DNA of 64,000 nucleotides. Source: Diplonema japonicum. Lineage: Eukaryota; Protista; Euglenozoa: Diplonemea. The DNA lies in contig OZ025674.1 of the NCBI GenBank assembly GCA_964019335.1, positions 310,001-374,000 of the forward strand, written 5' to 3'. Of the stretch, positions 35,301-48,406 are shown piece after piece; within the stretch, counting starts at the first letter, position 1, and every line of letters begins with the position of its first letter. The notes under the pieces are model-generated. The model had not been told where the DNA came from and did not search any database. It saw only the letters and a program-made list of their open reading frames with translations. The position numbers and the translations under genes were made by a program.

Positions 35301-38300
35301 CGAAGCAGTGATCGATGCGCTGGACAGAAGAAAGAGGAAAACAGCCGCGGACACAACGATAGACGGCACCTTCTCATCCGTTGCACATTTGCCTCCCATC
35401 GAGGACGACAGGATGTCCGGCTCAGGCATCTTAGTGGAGCGGCCTGGGGATATCGAGATGGTTGTGATACAAGACGACAAATGCCTGCTGCCGGATGAGC
35501 AGGACATTACGGTGTCAGTCTTACGAGATGAGGACAAGGTCTCGATCAAGGAGAAGGAAGATAAGGAAACTCACGTCGAGAAAAAGGAGTCAACCGCAGG
35601 GCTGATGTCATGGCTCAACGACTGCCTGGCATTCCACTTAACAGTGCATGTTAACCAAGTCGCAGGGCATATCTTGACGCAGACCACGACCGCAATGCAT
35701 GTGGAACCCGAGCTTGACTCCAACTCGCCAAGTGGCTTCGTCGTCAAGGATATCAATGTCAACTTACTGGGAAATGAAAAGAGCGCCAAGACGGAAGCGC
35801 AACGGGCGTCGCTGAACGGGATGAAGCCCGTCCCCGTCACGATGCTGATGGAGGTGGGGTCTGTTGCGGCAGAGGTTAACGCCTCCATCTCGACATTCTT
35901 CGACTCGAAAAAAGAAGAGACGCTGCTGCCGATAAACTTCGAAGAAGAGCAAGAAAACGAGAAGTACTTTCCATGGCTGTACGCATCCGTCGTCGTGAAG
36001 ACGACAGAGTTCAAAGTACTCCACACGGTGCACAACTACATCTCCCTCGTGCTGCGAAACGCGTCGTTCATGAGCACCAACCGCCCACACATCACATCAA
36101 GGCCTAGTAATATGTCTGCCTCCCCTGAGTACCACAAACATCGCAAGACATACACTGATCTCAACGAGACGGCAACTAACTTAAACGGGAGCGTGAAGCC
36201 AGGACATAGATCACGCATCAGCGACGAACAGATGACAACCACTACACCAGCACACGGAGCACACTCGGAGCCTCTAGCGTCCCCACGATCCCGTGCGGGT
36301 TCAATGAGCAGAAAGAAATCTGTCATGGATGCCCTGGTGCCCAAGTGGATAGTGAACATCTCAATCTTCAAAAAGCAAGGCACCAAGGAGAGCGCAACTC
36401 TAGCCTACCATTGTCGGCCTCTGAAGCGCACAGGCGATCTTTACGAAGACCCGCAGCATATCTTCGGGATCACGTTGAAAGCGCTGTATCTGTCTGCCGT
36501 CATCCCACCGTGGGACACAACGAACACGATCGTTGCACACTTGTCCGCGGACAGTATAAGGTTCGCCATAGGTAGTCATGAATGGCTACACACAGAGCAC
36601 TGTTTGAAGGAGTGGCAAAAGCTTGTTCTGCGATGGGAGGCTGTGTCATCGAAGGAGCCCCCTTTAGAAATGGGGTCTCCTTTGCAAGCGTCGCCGTGCC
36701 CGCCTCCTCTGGACTTGGGGGACGAGGAGATAAAGGAGGAGAACCAAATAGAGAGGCCATTGCTGTCGCTGACTGCGAACATCAGCCGAGCGGAGTTCGA
36801 CATCCCTCTGACGGCAGACAGGCGGTTCGTGTACCACATGCGGCGGGTGGTGATGTCTATGGTGGAGGCTGACGATTCGCAGATCGTGAAAGCGCAAATC
36901 TACCCGTCGGTAATGAAGGCGTCCGAAGAGAAAGAAGCGTTGCTCCCAGGCGCGCGCATCACGTACTGCACAGGTTCCCACCCTACACTAGAGTGCCACA
37001 TCGACCGTGTCGAAGCCGTCGTCACTAAGGACATCATCAACGCATGGGTGCAAGTCTACACCGTTATTGCACCTGAGGTCCTACGGTGGGTGGAGGCCAA
37101 GGTCCGCGATGAGGTTGAACCCCGTATCTCGGTGACCAATGCAACGCCCAACACGGGGCTCTTCAACGCCACTGTGATGTGGGCGGGCATACGCGTCAAC
37201 GTCTTGGGCGAAACCTCCGAAGTGGTGGTGAGCTCGGGGATGGGCATCGCCAGGTACAAGCGCGACGAGAAGGTGTCAGAAGGATCGTTCGCACGTGCCA
37301 GCACGGACATTGCTGTTATAGAAGAAGACGACATATGCTTGGGCCGTGCTTTCACAGCACCAACACCTGGCTCAGAGCCACGCGCACAGTTGGAAACCAT
37401 GTGGTACATTAGGTTACCCAAGCTCAGTGTTGGGCTGTACGATTTGTGGGAACACATGGAGCGGCTTTCTATGCCGCCACCTGAAGTTTTCGACAAGCGG
37501 CGGGCATCGACAATCAACACGAAAAAGGCAGAGCAAGACGACGGGGCTGACCTCGCTCCTGACAGACCGCACTTAGGGTACAGGTGGGCCTCGGCACAGC
37601 TGTCGTTCTACGCAGGGAACTGCGACGTCGAATCCCTCGCGATGCAGGACACGCGAAGGGCTAGGACTCATGCACACAAGAAGAGCCATAGCGGCGGGAT
37701 GGAGTGCAGACTGGATCCGCACAGAACCTCACTGGCATCGCTGCCCGCAGTTGTGGTGGACGGCCCCCCCGCCACGCCTACTAAGGAGAAGGAAAAGGAG
37801 AAGAAGGTTGCCGCCGATAAGGTCGACGTGCTTGTGGCGAACACCGTCATGATGCTGCGTGCAGGTGCCGTCGAGCAGACTACCGAATTCTTAAAAACCT
37901 TCACAACGTCCTTGGTCGACTTCCAAGAGCGCATCGAGAAGGACAAGCAACAACTGCTAGAGGGCGAGGCACTGCGCAAGTTGAAAAAGGAAGGAAGGAA
38001 GTGGATGAAAAGAACAGTCGATACTATGGGCAAAACACGCGACCCGGCCACCTACATCTCCTCGATGGTGGGTTCCTTCATCATCAAGAACACAAGTCTC
38101 ACCATTCCTTTCGGGGAGAAGATGTACTGGTCCTGTCGTTCTGTTGCAGTGAGCGGCGCGGAGGCACTGCTGGACTCTATCGGCGAAGATGCGTTCCCAC
38201 GTACTCTCGACGAGCCTATCTGTATCAATGACATATGGAAAGGAATGTCACTGAGACCTCTTCCGACGCAAGCCTTACAGCTGCATCTAGGAGAGGCTTC

Positions 38301-41300
38301 AGTGGCCACGCTGGTAGAGCGGGACGATGTGTCCCCAGACGACGTAGAGGAGCAGCCCAAGAAGGCTGTTGTGCTGTGCAAGGCACGCGACGTAGCCATG
38401 TTCTTTAGCGATGGACAGCCTCTCCCGTCGCTGTGGATTCGTGAACGAGGGGGCAGGGTCGACCCTAAGGCAGGGTGGCACAGACAATTCGGAACTAACT
38501 TCGCTCACATCCTTGGCGGCAAAGGTGTCTTCCTTCCTGCTTCGCGAGAATTGACGTCCTCAGCACTCCGAAGCCGCTGCGGCATACGCGAGATCTCCCT
38601 GCGAGCACGTGCCCGTGTGTGGTCCGAATCCATCACACCATTGATGGTGACCTATGAGGTGTCCGGCCCTGAGGTGCGCATTGCACCAAACATACTTTCC
38701 TGTATCAAAGATCTTGCGGATGACTTCATTCCTTCTCCGGAGGTGGCTGACTCTCTAGCGGTTCATGACCCCACACTTGATCTGTCACCCCGCCGGGGGC
38801 AGCCTTCGCTGTCCCCCTCCCGCATGTCTGAGTCCACCAAGCGCGAGCTGTCCCTTGAGATGGACCTTGTTGGGAAGGTAGAGGCGGGCACCATCAGCGT
38901 GCACTCCGACGAGAATCTGCCCGCAGCGTTCAGACAGGTTTCGAAGGAGGTCTCAAGCATTAAGGCGCAGGACGTGAACCACACCACCATCTTCAAGCTC
39001 CCTATCCCCAGCATTGATCTCAGGGCCACCGTTAAGATACCCACAGAGATCGACGAAGCAACAGGCGTGACACAAACTATCACAGCCTCAATACTGGCGA
39101 GCCTTCCCCCCAACCAAGACAGGATCACCATTAACCCAACTGCTGTGTACTTCACGAACGAGCTCTCGCTGTGGCAGCGGTCGTGGCTGGGGCGAAAAGC
39201 CCAATGGCACTCGACCATCGAGTCTCACGTCGAAGGGCTGCATGAAATGCTTAAAGACGGGCTCATGTCCGCGCAGCTGGGGTCCGTAAAGGTTGCAGGA
39301 ACGCCGTTCACACTGTCTTCTATCGCAGATGGTCAGGACCCGAGCGGCACTGTGTACCTAAACCACCTCAAGCTGATTGATGTGTTGATCCCCATGCCTG
39401 TGGCACTCGTGGACTATTCAGGGTGCAAGGAAGGGTGCCGTGCAGAACATACAGGTCTGTGCGCGAAGTGCGGGAAGGGGTGGGCAGACCACGAGGATCA
39501 TATGTGTGAAACTGGTGGGCGTGGTGTTTGGAGAAGGTCGCAGACGATGGAGCCGCCGGTGATGAAACCGAAGGCAAGAGTGACGAAGCTGAGGTCGGAT
39601 CTAGTGCAGCCAAGGGGGTCGCTTGTGTTCAAGCAGATCCTAGTGAAGACGATGTTTGAGCCCTTCAGGTCGAGTGTGCTGAGGGTGGACGCTGTCTCGA
39701 CGACAGAGGAGCTCCTTGTGGCGTGCAGATCAGCGCTGCAAGTAACGATGTGTTGGCGGCTGGACATCCGTGGGCCCGATAAGGCACGCGTGGTGTTGCG
39801 GTACGACGACGTGATCGATGGGGAGACGTACTCTGTGGACCTCGTGGGGGCTCAGGTGGTGCTGTCGCTGCGTGTGAAACCGTTCGTTGTCTTGGCAACC
39901 ACGGCGCCTATTTCGGAATGTGCTGCTGTGATCGAGACAGGCATGGTGGACCTCACGCTCATCCGCACCCCTAAGGGACGCGGGGCTAACATGTCCGTCA
40001 TCCTCTCCACACAACCCTTGCTCAGCACAGGCTGCGCCTTCCGTGTCGCTGTTAAAGACCGTCACCACGAATGCATGTCCATCTCCGTTGCAGGCCTCAC
40101 TGTTCTGTACAACCCTAGCTTTACAAAGAAATGTGTGGTGCATTTCTCAAAGGCACCGAGCGGGATGGGCGACCTCCCTGCACTACGCTTCACAGAGCGC
40201 ATCGGGCACCTGAAGTCCTTCTTCATCGTGTACAAGTTGTGGAAGAAGAAGTCCGACGAGGCGATGACCGAGCTCATGAAGCACACCAGCAGCGACAAGG
40301 ACGTGCAGTCGCAAGACTTCTGTTCGCTGCTGCCGAAGGACGATTGCACGTCTCAAGGCGGTATGTTCCACTTCAGGCACTCAATACATCTCACACAGCC
40401 CCAACTGGACAAACAGCGATAAACACACAGAAAGGAAGCAAGATTCTTGTTGTAAGGGTGGACTCGGTATGCACGCACCCTCAACGGAAACCACTTTTTC
40501 AGATATTGCTTGACGTGGATAACTTCAGGCTGTCGCATTCCGACACGAGCAACGACAAGCTGCAGCTACTGCTTGAGAACACGTACCTGATGGCCTCTGA
40601 GAGGTACGCGCAGAAGTGCCCATCAGGTATTTTCCCACCCCCTCTTTTTTTACATAATCCACTTAATCCACTTTTAGCTATCGCGTTGGGGACACCGAAA
40701 AAGAATGTCCCAGGGTGCCACCAGTCGACACCTCCTTCGAGCGAAATTAGCATCAAGACTGAATCGTCTATGCGGCAGAAGATACGCCAGACCAGGAACA
40801 GCTCAAAGACATATATGGATGTGAGAAGTGTGGAGCTAGGCGTAGGCATGGCATCCTTCGAGTCACAGGGAAGGATCTCCTCACCACCGTTGTCCACCAA
40901 AACGACGGACTTTTTCATCGTCAAGTCGAAGCAGCTGCTCAACGCGCACAAGCTCCCACGCATCGACGAGGAACACAACTCCACACCTCTGCGGATAATT
41001 GCCGTGGATGTCCCACCTCTTGAGGTCGATCTTCGGGAGATGTTCAAACCACTGTTCAAGCTGAAGTATGTTGTGAGGAAGGGAAAAAAGAAAAAAATAG
41101 CTAAAGGGCCCCCCCGAATAATCCCTTTATTTGGGCAGTGGAGGGGGGGTGTTTGGGCTCCAAAAAAAAAGAATTATTTGGAATACACTTATTTGGGTTG
41201 TACTTATTTGGGCTGGGGGGCCTGCCACATGGAAAGCAGGGAGCGGGGCTTAGAGCACTTCGGAAATCTTAACATGCCAAATTGTGCCAAGACTTTTTTC

Positions 41301-43423
41301 ATGCCCTTTTTTTTTCCAAGGGAATTTTTAACAGTTTTTCTCCCAGGCTGTGGAGAACCCACAAACGTTGCAGACAAACCGCCTGGTTTTGGCGTTAGGT
41401 GGTTGCTGGGAGGTTGCTGAAATGATTTTAAGTTAGAATAGAGAAGCGAAAAAATAATTGCAGGGGTCTGAGAGGCTTGAGAAACTGTCGGGGCTTGGGA
41501 GGCTGCTGGAGTCTCGTCAGGTGCAGTGTCCATTGTAACACCCGCAACTACATTCTGTGCTGCACTGTCTAAAGCCCGACCCCTTCAAAGTGCTTACTTC
41601 GCTAAGTGCCCTTAGCTGTATGGTCTCCTCGGAACTACCTGGAAGGTAGCCGCAGGACCGCATACAGCTAAAGGTGCCGAGCAGTTGCATGACCTTTCTC
41701 ATGTGCCTGCCCTACCCACAGTGCCACGTTGATTCGGCGCTCTGCTGCAGTCATCAACCAACGTCCCAGCCTCGGCTGCTTGGGGCATGCCGCAGCCCCT
41801 CCGAACCCCTCAAAATGACGTGAGGTCTGAATCGCCGGTGCCACACAGAAGCAGCCTCACAATACGTACTTTTCCTTTTCAATCGATTGTTATATTTGTT
41901 CTAATAAAATACACTACTCAAGCTACTGGCACCTTCCGAAGAAGGGCCTCCCACGTCGATCGAGGATGCCCTGGGGGGGCCGTTCCAGTCTGATCATGTC
42001 GCACATATAACATATTTCTCATCTTCTAGAAGAAAATGGGGTTGCCCTCGTAGCTCGCCACGGCCAGCATTCTTACTTGTGTAAGCAGCCTCACAATACC
42101 GCCAGTGGGCTACGGCACAGCTTTGGGATCTTGCTCAGGAATGGAATATTGACATTGCGGGCCATGAAAGAAGCAAATACCGGATAAGCTGTCAACACAT
42201 GAATCCACGTGCCCTTCCGGCAACGCAGAAGCACCGGGCCACCCACAAAGCGCCTTCGAACTCAGTAGTTCCGTGAAATTTTGAACCGTTCATCACGAAC
42301 CATCTAGCTTCTTGCGTTAGAAAAATAGTCCCCACAATAACCCCCAGGTGCTAAGCCCCGTGGTCCCTGTTCAAAATGCAAAAGAATTGCTTGTAAGTGC
42401 CCAAAAAGTGCCCAAAACCAGGCGGAAATCGACTTTTTGGTCAAAAAAGGGGTGTATACATGGGTTAGGTCGGCTAGTACCCTGCACAGGCGTAACTGAG
42501 AAAAGCCCGTTGCACGACTACCATGTGACCCCCCCACCCCGGTCCCCCAAAAAAAAAAGAAAGGGTCGGGAATTATTTGGGAAATTTGGAGCGGAAAAAT
42601 CCCCGAAAAAAAAAAGAATTATTTGGGGAAAAACACATTATTTGGGAGGGAATTATTCGGGCCCCCCCTTTATTTACTGCCAACAAGTAATGACTTTACC
42701 GTTACCTCGAGGTTCCGCACTTTACCGTCGAGGGCCCGCAGGGCCCGAGATGGTAAAATGCGGAACCGAGAGGTCGGTAAAGCATTACTTGGCGGTAGGT
42801 AAGTGGTTTTATTTCACGACACTCTGAAATTACTTCACCACGAGGGGCACAACAGGGTGACAAGGGGTACAACAAGAGAGGGGTTACAAAGGTTACAATA
42901 CAAGTTGTTTTTCCTCCTTTTGTTGACTAAGAGCTGCCGCTGTCGCTGGCATTGCCACTGTCACCATCTCTAATCAGGCCTTCCCATACCTAGCGCGGCC
43001 GCTGGCTCCTTTTTTTCTGCTGCTTCGGTATTTTGAAGTCTTTTGGGGTGCTTGGGTAAGCTGACTAAGTTACCCTTACCCACAGAAGAGTTACCCACAG
43101 AAACTGGGAACAAGGCCTAGCCAAAAGTGGGCAAATTGGGAGGAAAAAGTAGTCCAACTTGGAACTGAGCCGAGGCAAAAGTTGGCCAATTGAGCTGAAC
43201 CTGGGGGGAAATAGCAAACTGAGAGGAAAAAGTAGCCCCACTGGGAACCGAACCGAGGCAAAAATTGGCCTACCGAGGCATATTATTTAACGGAAACCCC
43301 CTATTACTTCACGGAAAACAGGCCATTATTTCACCGTGAAGTAATGAGATTTAGCGTGAAGTAATGAGATTTAGCGTGAAGTAATGGGCCCCCCAGTGCG
43401 TGAAGTAATTTCTGAAGAGTGAA

Positions 43424-43462
<39 letters not shown>

Positions 43463-44727
43463 CTCAGATTGAACCGTAAAACGGTTTCCAAGCCCGCTTG
43501 CTCCATATTGATCAAAGATAACTACAGGGTATGCAGATATCTTCTGACAAAAAAAAAAAAAAAAAAACTTTTTTTTTACAGCCTCTGAGCCATCCGTCTG
43601 GTAGCATCCCATTGCAAGGGTACCAGGTTGACATCTCAGTGGTCATGGAGAATGTCGATATGGAGCTCAGACCGTTGCTGTTCCCTAAAATAGAACAGGT
43701 CAGGGCAGAGGTGCTTCGGACTAAAGCCTTGCAAGAGTTAGAAGCCGACAAAACTCTGAAGGGAACGAGGGAGAAGCAAGGGAACAGTAAAGGCGGACAG
43801 GTTTTGAACCGCCACCTCGGTGCGCACGGGTTCAGAAGCAAACACACCGAACCGTCGCAAAGCCCAACTGACCTACAAGACGAACCAGTCGAAGAAGGCA
43901 AGATTCTACCCAGAGGCCTCATTTCGATAGTTGTGGGCGATTTCGTGGTGAACTTAGGTCATTCAGCTCAGCAAAGTACTATTATACTACGAACGAAGAG
44001 GTTTGCGTGTCAAATGGCGCAGAACTTGCAGAGAATTGATCAGAAATATTTGTGGGAGAAGTTGTTTGGAAACGCGAACGGGTTCCAACAAGCAGTCGAC
44101 GGGAAGAAACTGCAGGCAAACGCCACCATCGGCAGGATAGACCGAATCATCAAGGATCTGACAATCACTTCATGGAAGGTCTCACGACAGGTAGGGGAAA
44201 CCGAAGCGATGCTTCTAAAGGGCGATAGAGATTCGTTCTTTTCAATCCACACCAACCAGGTCTTGGGGAGTCAAGATATCGAGTATCACTTCAGGTCAAC
44301 ATTTCAAAACCCGTGGAGTGTCGGGAAGACTAACGAGTTCATAGTTTTAAGGGAGTGGTTCGACGGGTTCGTCAAAGAAGCCAGCGTTGCGACGCAGCAA
44401 CCTGCAGCTCCCGATCAACGTCAATTCTCTGCGATAGAAAACGGCTTCGCGTTCTCACCCGTGTTGCAGGTTGTAGGCGAGTCGACGCTCCCCATATCGG
44501 CCATTCTCTCCCCTCTTGGAATAGAGGAGTCGATGATCCCCGCTGCTCTTCACACATACTTGGGGGATACTTTGGAAATAGGTATTTCTCATGTTTACAT
44601 GAGGCTTGCTCCTCTGCACATTATCAAGACCAATGAATCCCTTGTGGCAGATTTTACAACCACTTTCGAAACAGTAAAGTCCGCTGTGAGGAGGTATCGA
44701 TCGGATACAGAGACAACAGAAGAGTGA
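29359..44727 (+). CDS. BLTP1: Bridge-like lipid transfer protein BLTP1/KIAA1109/Csf1 homolog; exons 29359-40360, 40399-40466, 40503-40626, 40678-41065, 43468-43528, 43582-44727 (~4,262 aa)
   Basis: N-terminal TM helix plus the Csf1_N-like segment SIMISPLSGRIMLKDIRY...DGYITINWW. C-terminal FSPVLQVVGESTLPISAIL..LGI....IP..LH resembles the Csf1/KIAA1109 end. Intron phases are mutually consistent (12,789 nt). Introns 2 and 3 are in-frame and therefore inferred. Confidence 0.85.
41098..43428. mobile_element. Hairpin/asymmetric-IR element, copy 2 (diverged subfamily), inside BLTP1 intron 4 and interrupted by a second transposon
   Basis: TAGCTA|TTTACTGCCAACAAGTAATGA matches 8634 (TAGCTATTTATTGCCAACAAATAATGA). 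Hairpin centred on GGGCCC-GCA-GGGCCC (42732-42746). Internal TTTTATTTCAC versus terminal GTGAAATAAA; repeated GTGAAGTAATG. Confidence 0.75.
41104..42670 (-). mobile_element. Decayed TIR DNA transposon with TA TSD, nested in the hairpin element
   Basis: TA|AAGGGCCCCCCCGAATAATCCC ... GGGAATTATTCGGGCCCCCCCTT|TA. Several subterminal TTATTTGG repeats. Minus-strand Cys-rich remnant (GSGFRQCSTECSCGCYNGHCT) loosely resembles Ginger2/KRBA2-type integrase tails. Confidence 0.75.
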
Positions 44728-45208
44728 AGAGAAAAAAAAAAAAAAAAAAAATATAGAATAAAAAAAAAAAAAAAAAAAAAAAAAAAACTGACACACTTTT
44801 TTTTTTTCTTTTTTTTCTTTTTTTTTTTTGCTACGCTCTCTTCATCAAAGAACGAGGGGGGGGTGGGGGTGAGAAAAAAAAGGAAGGAAGAAAGAAAGAA
44901 GAACAGAGGAAAAGGAATACTGCTAGTGATTGAAGGAACAAAGAAGGGGGGGGGGGGGGGGGGGACCCCTGCGATCGCTTCAGTGGCCTTTTTCCCCCTC
45001 TTCTTCCTTCCATTCTTTTTTTTCTCTCTTATATATATCCAAAGTTTTTTCACTTTTTTCCTCGTCTCTGCTCTTCCCCCCCCCCCATTTTTTATCCCCC
45101 TCTCCTATCCTTTACTCTCCCTTGCTTTGTGCTGGGTTTCCGTGAAACAAAGATTTTCATTTTTTATTTCGTTATTAGTTCCGTCCTTGGTGGGGGGTTT
45201 CTTTTTAT

Positions 45209-45244
<36 letters not shown>

Positions 45245-45437
45245 TTCTGTTTGTTCCTTTAGATGATGTTTTATAATAAAAAAAAAGGGGGGTTGACAAA
45301 GGACGAAAGGCAGAGAGGGGGAAAAAAAAAAGAATCAACATTCAACTTTCTTCCCGCGTTTTTTTTTTTTTTTGTTGTTAAATTCTAGCACCCTCAAAAA
45401 AAAAAAAGTTGGGGCACAAAAAAAAAAAAAAAAAAAA

Positions 45438-46112
45438 ATGGACCTGTTGCAAGGGTACGATGATGAGGAAATCAGAGTAGAACCCACAAAGGGACGAGAC
45501 AAGAAAATAAGGAAGAGAAAACGAGCCCCGGAAGCCCCGGAGCTACCTGATATTTTATTCGAGGGCAGCGAAGGGAAGAAAAGCAGGGTGAGACACGTGG
45601 GGCACACGAAGGGAATTTGGGCCGGATATATTGGAGCTGAAGTCAGCCTCGATCAAGAGATAATAAAGGGATTTTTCGAAGATTTTGAAGGAGTCAAGAA
45701 CCACCATGTTAGCTTCAGCAAAACATTGTATTTTCAACAGCACGAAATTGAAGAGATACGGCAGCACCTTTCAGCGGCATACACCGCCTTGGGTAGTGCT
45801 CCTTTCGAGGTTTCCTTCACCCACCTCACGACTCTTTCTGACGAAGACAAAACAACGCAGTTTCTCGCTCTAGGAACGCCCTCCCCTTGCTTTGCTCCCT
45901 TCTACTCCGCCACCAACAAGGTCCTTGCAGCCTACGGGCTGCCGTCTTATTTCAAAAAGCCCATACCGCATGTCACCCTTGGTGCGAGGCCCTACCAAAA
46001 CAAGGAGCCCGCGGAGCAAATCCCCATCGCAAACCCGATCACCGTCACCATCACAACAATTGTCATGAAAGCCGGGAACAAGGTTTTCAAGTTCCCGCTG
46101 CTAGGCCCTTGA
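45438..46112 (+). CDS. USB1: U6 snRNA phosphodiesterase (2H phosphoesterase)
   Basis: MDLLQGYDDE N-terminus, RVRHVGHTKGIWAGYI, two HxS/T motifs (HVSFSKT, PHVTLG) and YGLPSYF. Confidence 0.9.
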   Translation: MDLLQGYDDEEIRVEPTKGRDKKIRKRKRAPEAPELPDILFEGSEGKKSRVRHVGHTKGIWAGYIGAEVSLDQEIIKGFFEDFEGVKNHHVSFSKTLYFQQHEIEEIRQHLSAAYTALGSAPFEVSFTHLTTLSDEDKTTQFLALGTPSPCFAPFYSATNKVLAAYGLPSYFKKPIPHVTLGARPYQNKEPAEQIPIANPITVTITTIVMKAGNKVFKFPLLGP

Positions 46113-46116
46113 GAGG

Positions 46117-46159
<43 letters not shown>

Positions 46160-46160
<1 letters not shown>

Positions 46161-46261
46161 ACCACCGCAGTAGGAACCCGCCAGAGCCCCCAGAACGGGG
46201 ACAACGGGGACTAAGCGCAGCACGGCCGGTGAGCGCAAAAACGCATACCTTAAAAGAATAG
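46160..46261 (+). mobile_element. Extreme 3' end (~100 bp) of the T-tract non-LTR retrotransposon (subfamily 3)
   Basis: Nearly identical to 59936-60036. T40 upstream and T18 downstream; 47 nt after the USB1 stop codon. Confidence 0.8.
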
Positions 46262-46476
46262 TTTTTTTTTTTTTTTTTTAAAGCCCGAAAAAAAAAAGAG
46301 CAGTGCAGTGCAGTACTAATCTCAGGATCCGTACCGTGTGCACAAACAAAAATGATAAGTACCCGATTTTCTTTTTTCTCTTTTTATAAAAGAACGCTGG
46401 AAAAAAAAAAAAAAAAAAGGAGAAAAAAGCAACAAAAAAAAAGAAAACCAGGGGGTACTACAAAAATAGTATCTTC

Positions 46477-48356
46477 ATGGGCCAATGCTGTCGGAAGGAC
46501 AGCAGCCAAGGGCCGGAAGTCGAACAGGAGAACTCGAAGAAGCCCCCTGTGACCATTCGAAACGTAAAGGGGCTGCTGTACGATGAGTTTTCAGACCTGA
46601 TCATGACGGTATGACACACCCACTCCCCCCACCAACCACCCAACAGCAATACGGAAGTGGCGATGTTCAAACACCTAACACATCGCACCCTGATCCACAC
46701 GAAGCGTGGCAGTACACAGCAAGGCTTCTGGACGAAGGGAAGAGGGGCTTCCTTCTATGGGAGGATATTGACACGAAAGTCTCCGATCTCGCTCGGGAAT
46801 GGGACCAAGCCACGATCATAGCCGATATCATCGAAACTCTGACAAGATCCCGCGTTAAATTACGACACGTTTTTATCGCCCTGGACACCGACGGCGGCGG
46901 CAGGTTATGCCAATCGGAGTTCTTCCAAGGCCTTTCCTTACTACAAGGTTCCAAGGACCACGTTGAAATATTCGAAGCAAAGCTGTTATGGAACATGCTG
47001 GACCAGAATAAGGACGGGGACATCTCCCGAGAGGAGTTCATGACCGGTCTTTCAGTAGAGGACACCTGGAAGGTCGTTGAACAAGACGCTGCAAAAAGAA
47101 AATCCATCCATCTGATCTTCGACATGCCTACTTCATGCGAACCGAAGGAACCTGTTGCAACGCTGCAAGAAATCGCCGATGAACGCGGGGTCGACCTGCA
47201 AACCGCTGCCGCAAGTAGAATACAAAGATTTTACCGATCATTGAGGGCACAACGCATGATGTTGGCAAAGGTGTGGCAGGTTACCCTCCATGCACTTGAC
47301 CTACAAGATGAAATGGAAATCAACAGCGATGACGACGGTTCCCTCGATCCATCTGTTGACTCAAACGAGGATGTGAACGAAGCGGAAGAAACAGAAGAAG
47401 ACACAGCAGAAGTCAGCAAACAACAAGGCATCACGTTAAACCTCCCCGACATCATCGCAATGCTCCGGAGGCGCGAGCTCCCTCCCAGAGCCATTGCGTC
47501 CGCTTTAATTTGCCGTGTCTCACGAATCCACAGAGAGGCGCCCAATGTTGGTTGTATTGATGTTCCTGAAAACGGGCAGTTGATCATTGTGGGTGATATC
47601 CACGGGCAGTTGGACGATTTGATGTTGATTCTGGATGAAGGGGGTTTGCCTCCCCAAACTACGTTTCTTTTTAACGGTGATTTCGTGGATAGAGGTATTT
47701 ATGGTGTTGAGGTGCTGCTGTTGATATACGCGTTGAAACTGAGCTGGCCCGACCATGTGTTCATGAACAGAGGTAACCATGAGGCGAAACGGCTGAACGA
47801 AAAGTACGGATTCGACGAGGAGGTTGCTTTTAAGTACGATCTAGACCTGTTTAGAACCATCACGAAGTCATTCTGCATGCTGCCCTTGGCCCACGTTGTT
47901 GCCAAACAGTTCTTCGTGGTGCACGGCGGCCTCTCAACAGAGGAAAACGTCACGCTTGAAGAGTTCAACAAGATCGACCGTTTCAAACAGATTCCAAAGA
48001 AGGCCGACGCTAAGCACGGCCAGAAATGGCGGCTGACTAGGATCTTCGAGGGTGCCGTGTGGTCAGACCCGCGGGACATACCAACGTGGGAGGAGAGCAA
48101 GCGTGGCGCGGGCATTCACTTCGGGAAAAACACCGTCGAGGAGTTCTTGGAAACGAACAATTTGAAAAAGTTGATAAGAAGCCACGAGGTATGGGAACAA
48201 AAAAACCACAAGAAGAGAAGGGGGAAGAAAAAAGAAGAAAAAAAACACAAAGTCCTTCCAACCTGGCTACGCCGAGCACCACGACCGGCTGACCATTACC
48301 GTTTTTTCAGCTTCGAATTACTGTGGAACAGATGAGAATATGGTGTTTTTGGGGGA

Positions 48357-48406
<50 letters not shown>

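Noticed and set aside
29359-40422. Non-standard genetic code or stop-codon read-through
   Set aside because: An 11-kb exon is stop-free, TAA, TAG and TGA all end genes, and frame breaks are explained by GT-AG introns.
29397-41059. Numerous antisense ORFs inside BLTP1 and other genes
   Set aside because: Shadow ORFs of GC-rich coding sequence with no recognisable domains.
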